Shown one piece after another: positions 57,027 through 64,000 of a stretch of DNA of 64,000 nucleotides (its first letter is position 1; each line of letters begins with the position of its first letter). Where the stretch lies: the NCBI GenBank assembly GCA_035525055.1, contig DATLEZ010000133.1, positions 35,943 to 99,942 on the forward strand, read 5' to 3'. The notes beneath the pieces are model-generated. The model was given only the letters and a program-made list of their open reading frames with translations. It did no database searches and was not told the origin of the DNA. Position numbers and translations under genes: made by a program. The DNA is from Acidimicrobiia bacterium. GTDB taxonomy: Bacteria; Actinomycetota; Acidimicrobiia; Spongiisociales; ZC4RG35.

Positions 57027-58072
57027 ACAGCAGCCTCGATGATCCCGCTGCCGAGCACCCGATCGCCCCGGTAAAGGGCTGCTGTCTGGCCGGGCGCCAC
57101 CGCCGTCTGGGCAGTCTCGAAGAACAACGTCCCGCCCTCCCAGAGCGCCTTCATCGGTGCTCCGTGGGCCCGGTATTGCACCTCAATCGCCTCCCCGTTC
57201 ATCACAGGAGAGTCGACCCACGTGAGTTCGCTCAGCCGAACCGCCTCAACCTCCAGGTCGGAGCGCTTGCCCAGGACAATCGTCGAAGTCTCCGGCCGCA
57301 CTTCGACTACGTAGCGTCGCTCCCCAAGGGCCACCCCCACCCCTCGCCGCTGGCCGATGGTGAAACCGGCGATGCCCTGGTGGGAGCCGAGCACCTGGCC
57401 GGCGGTGTCGAGAATCTGGCCCGGGGCCATGGTCGCTGGCTCCACCTTGCGAAGAAAGTTCCGGTAATGGTCCTTGCCGACGAAGCAGATGTCCTGGCTG
57501 TCGGGCTTGGCGGCTGTGCGCAGACCGAGACCCGTCGCGAGTTCCCGCGTCCGGGTTTTCTCCAAACCGCCGACCGGGAACCGGACCCTGGCAAGCTCGC
57601 GCTGGCCGAGCATGGCAAGCACGTAGGACTGGTCCTTGTTGCGGTCTTTGCCGCGCAACAGTTGATGTCGACCCTCGACTTGGGCGACCCGAGCGTAGTG
57701 GCCCGTGACGAGGAGGTCGCAGCCGAAGGCGGCGCTCTGCTCCAGCAACTTCGAGAACTTGACCGTGCGATTGCACTCGACACATGGGTTGGGAGTGCGA
57801 CCGTGCCGATAGTCGGCTACGAAACGGTCAATCACACCGCTGCGAAAGTGATCTGTGTAGTCGAGGACGAAATAAGGAATGCCGAGTTGGGCGGCGACCC
57901 GGCGGGCGTCTTCGGAGTCGCTGACCGTGCAACAACCAGCAGTTGGACCCTCCCCCGACGGTCCCCGCCACATCTTGAGGGTGGCGCCGATGACCTCGTG
58001 GCCGTCCTCCTTCATCAGGGCCGCCGCGACCGACGAATCGACGCCCCCCGACATCGCGACGAGAACTCTCAT
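57023..58072 (-). CDS. mnmA: tRNA 2-thiouridine(34) synthase
   Basis: 'MRVLVAMSGGVDSSVAA' PP-loop, plus 'GRTPNPCVECN' and 'KDQSYVL'. Confidence 0.95.
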   Translation of the reverse strand: MRVLVAMSGGVDSSVAAALMKEDGHEVIGATLKMWRGPSGEGPTAGCCTVSDSEDARRVAAQLGIPYFVLDYTDHFRSGVIDRFVADYRHGRTPNPCVECNRTVKFSKLLEQSAAFGCDLLVTGHYARVAQVEGRHQLLRGKDRNKDQSYVLAMLGQRELARVRFPVGGLEKTRTRELATGLGLRTAAKPDSQDICFVGKDHYRNFLRKVEPATMAPGQILDTAGQVLGSHQGIAGFTIGQRRGVGVALGERRYVVEVRPETSTIVLGKRSDLEVEAVRLSELTWVDSPVMNGEAIEVQYRAHGAPMKALWEGGTLFFETAQTAVAPGQTAALYRGDRVLGSGIIEAAV

Positions 58073-59184
58073 GACGGGCCCTCGAGAGCCTGGATCACGA
58101 GTTCGGCCGCTCGTTCGGCTTCGTCCGTCGTCGAGGTCCAGCCGAAGGTGAAGCGCATGGAATGCCGAGCCTGGTCCTTGCTGATACCCATTGCCGAAAG
58201 GACGTGGGAGACGGTAGTGGCGCCCGACTGACAGGCCGATCCGGCCGAGGCAGCAACACCGAGCCGATCGAGTCGCACGAGCATCGTTTCGTTCTCGACC
58301 CCGAGTCGAACGTGGCTGTGCTGGGGAGCGCTCATAGCTTCAGGCACCGTCCGCTCGATTCGATCGGCGAGCTTCGCCTCGAACGCCTGGCGGGCTTCTC
58401 GAACCTCGCGCCGGAAACGATCACGGTCGGCAGCTGCGGCAACCATTGCTGCGACCATGCCGGCAACCCCGGCCACGTTGTGGGTGCCGCTGCGGCGGTC
58501 GTACTCCTGACCACCACCGTGCAGCAACGGCTCGAGGTTGATGCCCGACCGGACGTAAAGCAACCCGACCCCCTGGGGGCCGCCAAACTTATGGGCCGCC
58601 AGCGAGAGCAAATCAACCCCAAGTTCATTCACCGACAGGTCGAGTGATGAGAAGGCCTGGATGGCGTCGGTGTGCACAAGCGTTCGCTGGTTCGAGCGCT
58701 TGACCGCTTCGACCACGCGCTCGATGGGCTGGCGGGTTCCGGTCTCATTGTTGATCGCCATGACGGAAACCACGGCAGTGTGACGGCCGACCAACTTCTC
58801 GATTTGGGTCGGATCGACCACGCCGTAGTGATCAACCTCGAGGATGTCGAGCTTGCTGCCCATCCTCTCGAGAAAGTAACCGGTCTCGATCACTGCTTCG
58901 TGCTCCGTGGCGACGGTGACGACCCCTCCCCGACTGGGAAGAGCGGCGCCTTTGAGTGCAAGGTTGTCAGCCTCAGTGCCTCCTCCGGTGAAGATCACCT
59001 CGGATGGGTTGGCCCCCAGAATCCCGGCGGCCTGCTCCCGCGCCTCTTCCAGGACGTTCTTGGCCCGCCGGCTGATGTCATGGCTGCCAGAGGTATTTCC
59101 AAAGCGGCCTCTGAGGAATGGCTCCATTGCCTCGGCGGCCTGGGGGCGCAAGGGGGTGGTGGCGGCGTGGTCAAGGTAGATCAA
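58069..59184 (-). CDS. iscS: Cysteine desulfurase (NifS/IscS class)
   Basis: 'IYLDHAATTP', 'FTGGGTEADN', 'LSLAAHKFGGPQGVG' (PLP lysine) and 'GSACQSG'. The start is placed at TTG 59184 ('MIYLDHAATTP'). The ATG at 59268 would overlap the divergent gene by 37 nt. Confidence 0.85.
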   Translation of the reverse strand: MIYLDHAATTPLRPQAAEAMEPFLRGRFGNTSGSHDISRRAKNVLEEAREQAAGILGANPSEVIFTGGGTEADNLALKGAALPSRGGVVTVATEHEAVIETGYFLERMGSKLDILEVDHYGVVDPTQIEKLVGRHTAVVSVMAINNETGTRQPIERVVEAVKRSNQRTLVHTDAIQAFSSLDLSVNELGVDLLSLAAHKFGGPQGVGLLYVRSGINLEPLLHGGGQEYDRRSGTHNVAGVAGMVAAMVAAAADRDRFRREVREARQAFEAKLADRIERTVPEAMSAPQHSHVRLGVENETMLVRLDRLGVAASAGSACQSGATTVSHVLSAMGISKDQARHSMRFTFGWTSTTDEAERAAELVIQALEGPS

Positions 59185-59230
59185 GACCAGAATTGTCGCA
59201 TGAGACCAAATTGTCGCAGAAGAATTGACA
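59184..59230. promoter_or_regulatory. Direct repeats AGACCA(G)AATTGTCGCA x2 plus partial third copy (AATTGACA) in the iscS / SRPBCC divergent region
   Basis: Read directly: agaccagaattgtcgca (59184-59200), gagaccaaattgtcgca (59202-59218) and gaagaattgaca (59219-59230). Confidence 0.35.
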
Positions 59231-59231
59231 G

Positions 59232-59666
59232 ATGCCGTCGGTAACGGTTTCCGTCGACATAAGGGCACCCCTTGACTCGGTGTGGGAGGCGGCCGCCGAC
59301 CTGGCCAACCATGGCCGGTGGATGGCCGATGTCGAGTCGATCGGTTTTGACTCCGAAGCCCGCCAGGGCCCCGGAACGGTCATGCGGGTAGCCACGAGGG
59401 TCGGGCCCTTCCGGACCACCGACGTCATGAAAGTGACGTCCTGGGAAAAGGGGCGCCGCATCTCGGTCGAGCACCGAGGTTTGTTCACCGGTCGCGGCGA
59501 GTTCGAGTTGTCCGCCGTCGGCGGCGCCACCCGTTTCACCTGGAGCGAGGAGATCGACTTTCCCTGGCGTTTCGGCGGCCCCATCGGCGCGGCCTTCGCC
59601 CGCCCCATCCTCACGCTGATCTGGCAAGGCAACCTCCGCCGCCTGAAAGCACTCTTGGAGACCTAA
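59232..59666 (+). CDS. SRPBCC (START/polyketide-cyclase-like) family protein
   Basis: 144 aa with 'VSVDIRAPLDSVWEAAADLANHGRWMADVESI'. Confidence 0.75.
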   Translation: MPSVTVSVDIRAPLDSVWEAAADLANHGRWMADVESIGFDSEARQGPGTVMRVATRVGPFRTTDVMKVTSWEKGRRISVEHRGLFTGRGEFELSAVGGATRFTWSEEIDFPWRFGGPIGAAFARPILTLIWQGNLRRLKALLET

Positions 59667-59675
59667 GAACCCACT

Positions 59676-59696
59676 GTCCCCCCGCCTGGGGGGGAC
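59676..59696. terminator. GC hairpin GTCCCCCC-loop-GGGGGGAC between convergent genes
   Basis: 8-bp stem read directly. It shares the string TGTCCCCCCGC with the hairpin at 36041. Confidence 0.5.
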
Positions 59697-59790
59697 CGAC
59701 CGAGGCTTTGCGAGGTCGAGGGGGGTGCGAGAACTCCGGTCGCAGGCGAACCCGACAACCGCCGCCGGTTCGTCTCGATGCCTCTTGCTT

Positions 59791-60558
59791 CTACCGGCCT
59801 TGGAAGTTGGGGTTGCGCTTCTCGAGGAAGGCGGCGACGCCTTCCCGGGCGTCGTCGGTCCAGAAGCTGGCCTCGAACTCCTGCTCCTCCACCGCCATGC
59901 CGTCCTCGAGAGGGCGGCCCCAACCACCGGCTAACGCCCGCTTGGCGGCGGTGATCGCCTTGGTGGGCCAGGTGGCCATATCAGCGGCGGCTTGCATCGA
60001 TTCCTCCAACAATTGCTCAGTCGGATAGACCCGATCGGCCAGACCGATCGCCATCGCTTCCTGTGCTCCTACTTGGCGCCCGCTGAAGACGATGTCTTTG
60101 GCTTTCTGAAAGCCGACGACCCTGCTGAGACGCTGGGTGCCGCCGGCTCCCGGGATCAAGCCAAGTTTGATCTCGGGCTGACCCACAAGGGCGTCTTCGG
60201 CCAGATAACGGAAATCCGCACCAAGGGACAACTCCAAGCCGCCTCCCAGGGCGTAGCCGTGGATCGCGGCGATGGTCGGTTTCTCCAAGGCCTCCAGTAC
60301 CGACACCGTCTCGGCCAGAGTTCGGGCCAAACGCTGTTCACCACCCGACTCGTAGACCGCCCGAAAGCCCTTGATGTCAGCGCCGGCCGCGAAATGGGGT
60401 TGACCGGTCACGACCAGCGCCCGGATCTGAGGGTCGGCGGCCTGCTCAAACGCTGCTTTCAGATCGGCCGACAGCTCAGCCGAGAGAGCGTTGACCGGAG
60501 GCCGGTTGAGGCGGACCAACGCCACCGACCCCTCGACTGTGAAGTCCACCAAAGCCAT
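59791..60558 (-). CDS. Enoyl-CoA hydratase/isomerase (crotonase) family
   Basis: 'VALVRLNRPPVNALS', 'FAAGADIK', 'IAAIHGYALGGGLELSL' and 'EGVAAFLEKR'. Confidence 0.9.
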   Translation of the reverse strand: MALVDFTVEGSVALVRLNRPPVNALSAELSADLKAAFEQAADPQIRALVVTGQPHFAAGADIKGFRAVYESGGEQRLARTLAETVSVLEALEKPTIAAIHGYALGGGLELSLGADFRYLAEDALVGQPEIKLGLIPGAGGTQRLSRVVGFQKAKDIVFSGRQVGAQEAMAIGLADRVYPTEQLLEESMQAAADMATWPTKAITAAKRALAGGWGRPLEDGMAVEEQEFEASFWTDDAREGVAAFLEKRNPNFQGR

Positions 60559-60591
60559 TGGTAGCAGAATATCAATCGCGTCGACGATGCA

Positions 60592-63321
60592 TCACTCGCG
60601 CCTCCGCCGGCGCGCCGACGGGAGATCGGCCAGTTCCGGGGATCGCTCCGGTTGCAGACGCTTCACCCTGATTCGGGCATCGACCGGTCGGACGCCCTCT
60701 CCAGGGGCGAGAACCTTGACGGGGTTGAGATCGAGCTCGACCATCTCGGGAACGAGGTGGATCAGGGCCGACACCCGCAGGAGAGCCTCTTCGAGTGCTT
60801 CGAGGTCACCGAGTGGGAGATTCCGATAGCCTTGGAGAAGGCGTGAGGTGCGTATGGAGAGGATCATCGAGCGCGCTTCGGTGTCGGTCAACGGGTGGAT
60901 CCGGAAAGCAACGTCACCGAGCAGTTCAACGAGCACCCCGCCCATGCCAAAGACGATCAGCGGACCGAAGTTGGGGTCCTCGGTCATGCCAATCAAGACT
61001 TCGTGACCGCCGGCCACCATCTCCTGAACCAGGACCGCTTCCGGATCGGGAACTGCGTTCCATACTCGCCGGAATCCCTCGGCCACGACTCCGTCTCCTT
61101 CGAGGTTGAGAAGCACACCGCCGACGTCTGACTTGTGGAGAGCCGACGGCGCCACCACCTTGAGAACTACCGGGCCGCCGATCTCGGCGGCGGCGGCCCG
61201 GGCACTTTCTTCGTCCGTCACTAACCGGCTGCGCGGCAAAGCAAGGCCGGCAGCCGCCAAGAGCGATTCCACCTCGGCGGTCTCCAGCCATCCGCCTTCT
61301 TCTCCGAGCCGCTCCACTGCCGGTTCCACAACCCCCCTGACAAGAGACGCGTCGATGTCGGCGAAGGCGCGCTCGACCCCCGGATCACGCGAACGCCATT
61401 CACTGTGGCGAACCGCCCGCGACATGGCCAGGGCCCCGGCCTCGGGAAACCTGAAGGTGGGAATCGTCCGGCGCCCGCCTGCCAAAAGCGTCGCGGTTCC
61501 CTGTTGCATGAACACAGCCAGGAGCGTGACGTCTTCCGAGTGAGAGTCCGCTGCGCTCCGGATGGCGCCGGCAACGTCGGCGGCTCCCCCAACGGTGGTG
61601 GGCACGTAGATCACCATCACGGCATCAACCTCATCCGAATCGATCAATACCCCCAGGCAGTGGGCGTACTCATCGGGTCCTCCGGAGGCAATCGTGTCGA
61701 CCGGGTTGCGGGTGGAAGCCTCGGCCGGGAGCTTTTCCGCGAGGCGCTTCCTGGTCGCCTCCGACAACTCAGGCAGGATCAGACCCGCCGCTTCGAGGGC
61801 ATCGGCGGCCAGGATGCCCGGCCCGCCGGCGTTGGTGACGATTCCCACCCTTCGGCCGCGCGGGAGTGGCTGGTTGGCCAGCAGGGATGCCACCGCAAAC
61901 ATCTCTTCGATGGTGTCGGTCCGGATCACCCCGGCCTGCTCGAACAGCGCATCGACCGCGACATCGGAACTCGCCAGAGCTCCGGTATGGCTCGTGGCGG
62001 CCATGCTGCCGGACTTGGACCGGCCCGACTTGACCGCGATGATCGGCTTGCTCATGCCGACCCGACGGGCGATGCGGCTGAATTTGCGTGGATTGCCGAA
62101 GGACTCCAGGTAAAGGAGGATGACGTCGGTCGATGGGTCGTCCTCCCAGGCAAGCAGCAAATCGTTGCCCGAAACGTCGGCCTTGTTGCCCACAGACACG
62201 AACTGGCTGATACCGATGTTCGACTGACTGGCATAGTCGAGAATGGCGATGCCCAACGCCCCCGACTGAGACGACATCGCGATGTTGCCTTGAGGTGGAT
62301 AGACCGGGGCGAATGTGCCGTTGAGTTTGACCGCCGGCGCCGTGTTGAGGAGGCCCATGCAATTGGGGCCTACCATCCTCATTCCGGCTCCCCGCACCAA
62401 AGCAAGCAGTTCGGCTTCGAGCTTGGCTCCCGCCTCTCCGACCTCCGAGAACCCGGCCGAGATCACCGAAAGCCCGCGTACTCCCTTCTGCGCGCATTCG
62501 GCTGCCACCCCCAACACCGCGTTGGCGGGGACCGCAATGAAGGCGAGATCCACGACGTCGGGGATGTCGAGGACACTTGTGTAGGCCCGGACCGAATGGA
62601 CCACGGGCGCGGTCCGGTTGACCGGGAAGAGTGGCCCGGAAAAGCCGGTGGAGAGAAGGTTGCCAAAGAGGCGGAACCCGATCGATCCTGGCGTTGTGGA
62701 GGCTCCGATCACTGCAATGGAACGAGGGAAGAAGATCGGCAGCAGAGACGCAGCCACCGCCCGCTTTTCTCTCATGTCCTCGGCGGTCCTGGCGTCGTGA
62801 GAGTGGTCGACCGGGAAGTCGACGGTGAAGACCCCATCGTCGAGCGTTCTCGACAGGCGATACCCGGAGTTGCGAAAGACCCTCATCATCTGAAGGTTCT
62901 CAGGCAATACGAAAGCTCGGAATGAATTGACTCCTGTCTGGCGGGCATAGCTCGTGAGCAGGGCCAACAACTCCGAGGCGATCCCTTTCCCCTGGTGGGC
63001 GTCATCGACGACGAAGGCGACCTCCGCCACCGATGGTTCATCGCTCATGCGGTCGTAACGAGCTACTCCGACGATAAGACCGCCGTCGACTGCCACTAAA
63101 GCCATACGGTCGTGATAGTCGACGTTCGAGAAGAACTCGGCTTCGCTTCTCTCGAGGGTGTCCTTGACCCGGAAGAACCGGAAGTAGCGGCTCTCGGTGC
63201 TGAGCCGCCCATGAAAGGCAATGAGTTGGTCGGCGTCCTCGGGCTTGATCGGGCGGACCTGAACCACGTCGCCATCGGCAAGCACGGCGTCAAGTTCGTA
63301 CTCGGCTGGATAACTCGCCAT
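60592..63321 (-). CDS. GNAT acetyltransferase fused to ADP-forming acyl-CoA synthetase-like module (Pat-type protein acetyltransferase candidate)
   Basis: 909 aa. An N-terminal GNAT ('VVDDAHQGKGIASELL') is followed by a CoA-binding domain ('SIAVIGAS'), a succinyl-CoA-ligase-like domain and an ATP-grasp domain. Confidence 0.85.
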   Translation of the reverse strand: MASYPAEYELDAVLADGDVVQVRPIKPEDADQLIAFHGRLSTESRYFRFFRVKDTLERSEAEFFSNVDYHDRMALVAVDGGLIVGVARYDRMSDEPSVAEVAFVVDDAHQGKGIASELLALLTSYARQTGVNSFRAFVLPENLQMMRVFRNSGYRLSRTLDDGVFTVDFPVDHSHDARTAEDMREKRAVAASLLPIFFPRSIAVIGASTTPGSIGFRLFGNLLSTGFSGPLFPVNRTAPVVHSVRAYTSVLDIPDVVDLAFIAVPANAVLGVAAECAQKGVRGLSVISAGFSEVGEAGAKLEAELLALVRGAGMRMVGPNCMGLLNTAPAVKLNGTFAPVYPPQGNIAMSSQSGALGIAILDYASQSNIGISQFVSVGNKADVSGNDLLLAWEDDPSTDVILLYLESFGNPRKFSRIARRVGMSKPIIAVKSGRSKSGSMAATSHTGALASSDVAVDALFEQAGVIRTDTIEEMFAVASLLANQPLPRGRRVGIVTNAGGPGILAADALEAAGLILPELSEATRKRLAEKLPAEASTRNPVDTIASGGPDEYAHCLGVLIDSDEVDAVMVIYVPTTVGGAADVAGAIRSAADSHSEDVTLLAVFMQQGTATLLAGGRRTIPTFRFPEAGALAMSRAVRHSEWRSRDPGVERAFADIDASLVRGVVEPAVERLGEEGGWLETAEVESLLAAAGLALPRSRLVTDEESARAAAAEIGGPVVLKVVAPSALHKSDVGGVLLNLEGDGVVAEGFRRVWNAVPDPEAVLVQEMVAGGHEVLIGMTEDPNFGPLIVFGMGGVLVELLGDVAFRIHPLTDTEARSMILSIRTSRLLQGYRNLPLGDLEALEEALLRVSALIHLVPEMVELDLNPVKVLAPGEGVRPVDARIRVKRLQPERSPELADLPSARRRRRE

Positions 63322-63338
63322 CAGCCCGAAGTTAGCTC

Positions 63339-64000
63339 CTATCCCGGCTCTTCCCAGCGCCCGACAATGGTCGCCCGGGCTTCTTGAGCCTGGCGCACGA
63401 CCGACTCATCCAGCGGTTGCAGGCTGAACCGCGCCAGTTCGTAGATACCGGTGAGGACCCCGAGGGCAGCCTCGCTCGTTTCGGCGGCTTCGATTCGACG
63501 GGCCAGTTCGGACGGCGTTTCGGTGCCGGGGATTGGTCCGATTCGTTCGCGCGTCGCGGTCAGGAAAGCACGGTATTCGCCGGCAATGCGGCGCCGAATT
63601 GGATCGGCCGGCGACCAACCGGGCGGGACCGTCGTCCCCGATCGAGAACGATGATCCCGGGCGGCAGCGCGATTCGCCCGTGGCTTGAAGAACGACTTCA
63701 ACAGCTTGCCGAGTTCCTTCAGAAACACTCCCAGGGCATCCCAAATCGCTCGGAGCGCGCGCGAGAACATCGAGGAATCCGACCCGCCCCGGGCCTGGAC
63801 CCGACGTCGGAAGACAACGAAGGCGAACGCGAAGATCGCGCCGGCTATAAGCAGGAGGAACAAATCAAACCACTCCGGCGGTGGTGTCACGGGGTTGCCT
63901 GAGTTTGTCGGAGGAGGGGGAACAACCGTGGTCTGGGAGGGACCGGAGGGACCGGAGGGATTGGCCGTCGGAAGATCGGCTCCGAACAGCCGTCCAATGA
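63339..64000 (-). CDS. DUF4129-domain membrane protein (5' end probably beyond the window)
   Basis: C-terminal 'IRRRIAGEYRAFLTA...ETPSELARRIE...GIYELARFS'. The frame stays open upstream of the GTG at 63890 to the window edge and passes a 'PSGPSGPS' repeat. Confidence 0.6.
   Translation of the reverse strand, partial: IGRLFGADLPTANPSGPSGPSQTTVVPPPPTNSGNPVTPPPEWFDLFLLLIAGAIFAFAFVVFRRRVQARGGSDSSMFSRALRAIWDALGVFLKELGKLLKSFFKPRANRAAARDHRSRSGTTVPPGWSPADPIRRRIAGEYRAFLTATRERIGPIPGTETPSELARRIEAAETSEAALGVLTGIYELARFSLQPLDESVVRQAQEARATIVGRWEEPG

Overview
This 64-kb window is high-GC, actinobacterium-type core chromosome. The gene content, the many 4-nt start/stop overlaps and several apparently leaderless genes suggest an Acidimicrobiia-like lineage, but that taxon is inference only. 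I call about 59 protein genes.

Gene content, in order:
- Branched-chain amino acid genes: ilvB-ilvN-ilvC-leuA, with leuB separate.
- Two tandem CNNM/CorC-type CBS transporters, and kup.
- A Clp_N-domain protein, a tricorn-like protease and an orphan pntAA.
- Two ECF sigma / anti-sigma pairs.
- A DnaQ-GIY-YIG nuclease and a Cdc48-like AAA ATPase next to a membrane HExxH protease.
- A his cluster: hisA divergent from yerC-hisG-D-B-H-F-IE.
- A TlpA / Lgt-like / ABC operon, then gatCAB with a HAD hydrolase.
- An M23 peptidase with SLH-like repeats, and an SPFH/NfeD pair.
- dapC-dapD-dapE, ligA, mnmA-iscS, an enoyl-CoA hydratase, a GNAT-ACS (Pat-like) protein and a DUF4129 protein.

I saw no rRNA, tRNA or CRISPR array.

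The two accessory-looking spots are an AbiEi-N/DUF559 gene (11.6-12.5 kb) and an HNH/DUF222 gene (34.9-36.0 kb).

Observations most worth a second look:
1. A GACGGAA/CTTCCGN heptamer-array family sits at three intergenic loci. One inverted pair brackets the whole gatCAB-HAD operon, and another array abuts the leuA RBS.
2. Several intergenic hairpins have arms that are themselves tandem duplications.
3. The DUF559 gene keeps an intact frame but carries two in-frame TGA codons. It is flanked by a repeated CCTTCTTTGGC motif arranged like an operator.
4. Two perfect TCGAAC-N4-GTTCGA (LexA/SOS-type) palindromes sit on apparently leaderless promoters of two nuclease genes.
5. Conserved N-termini of the tricorn and CNNM genes lie upstream of any canonical start codon. 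The tricorn case has a CTG with a strong SD.
6. A 48-aa ORF not in the ORF track is coupled to mnmA by an ATGA overlap and is followed by an unexplained 367-nt spacer.

All function calls rest on motif recognition by eye. No database search was run.
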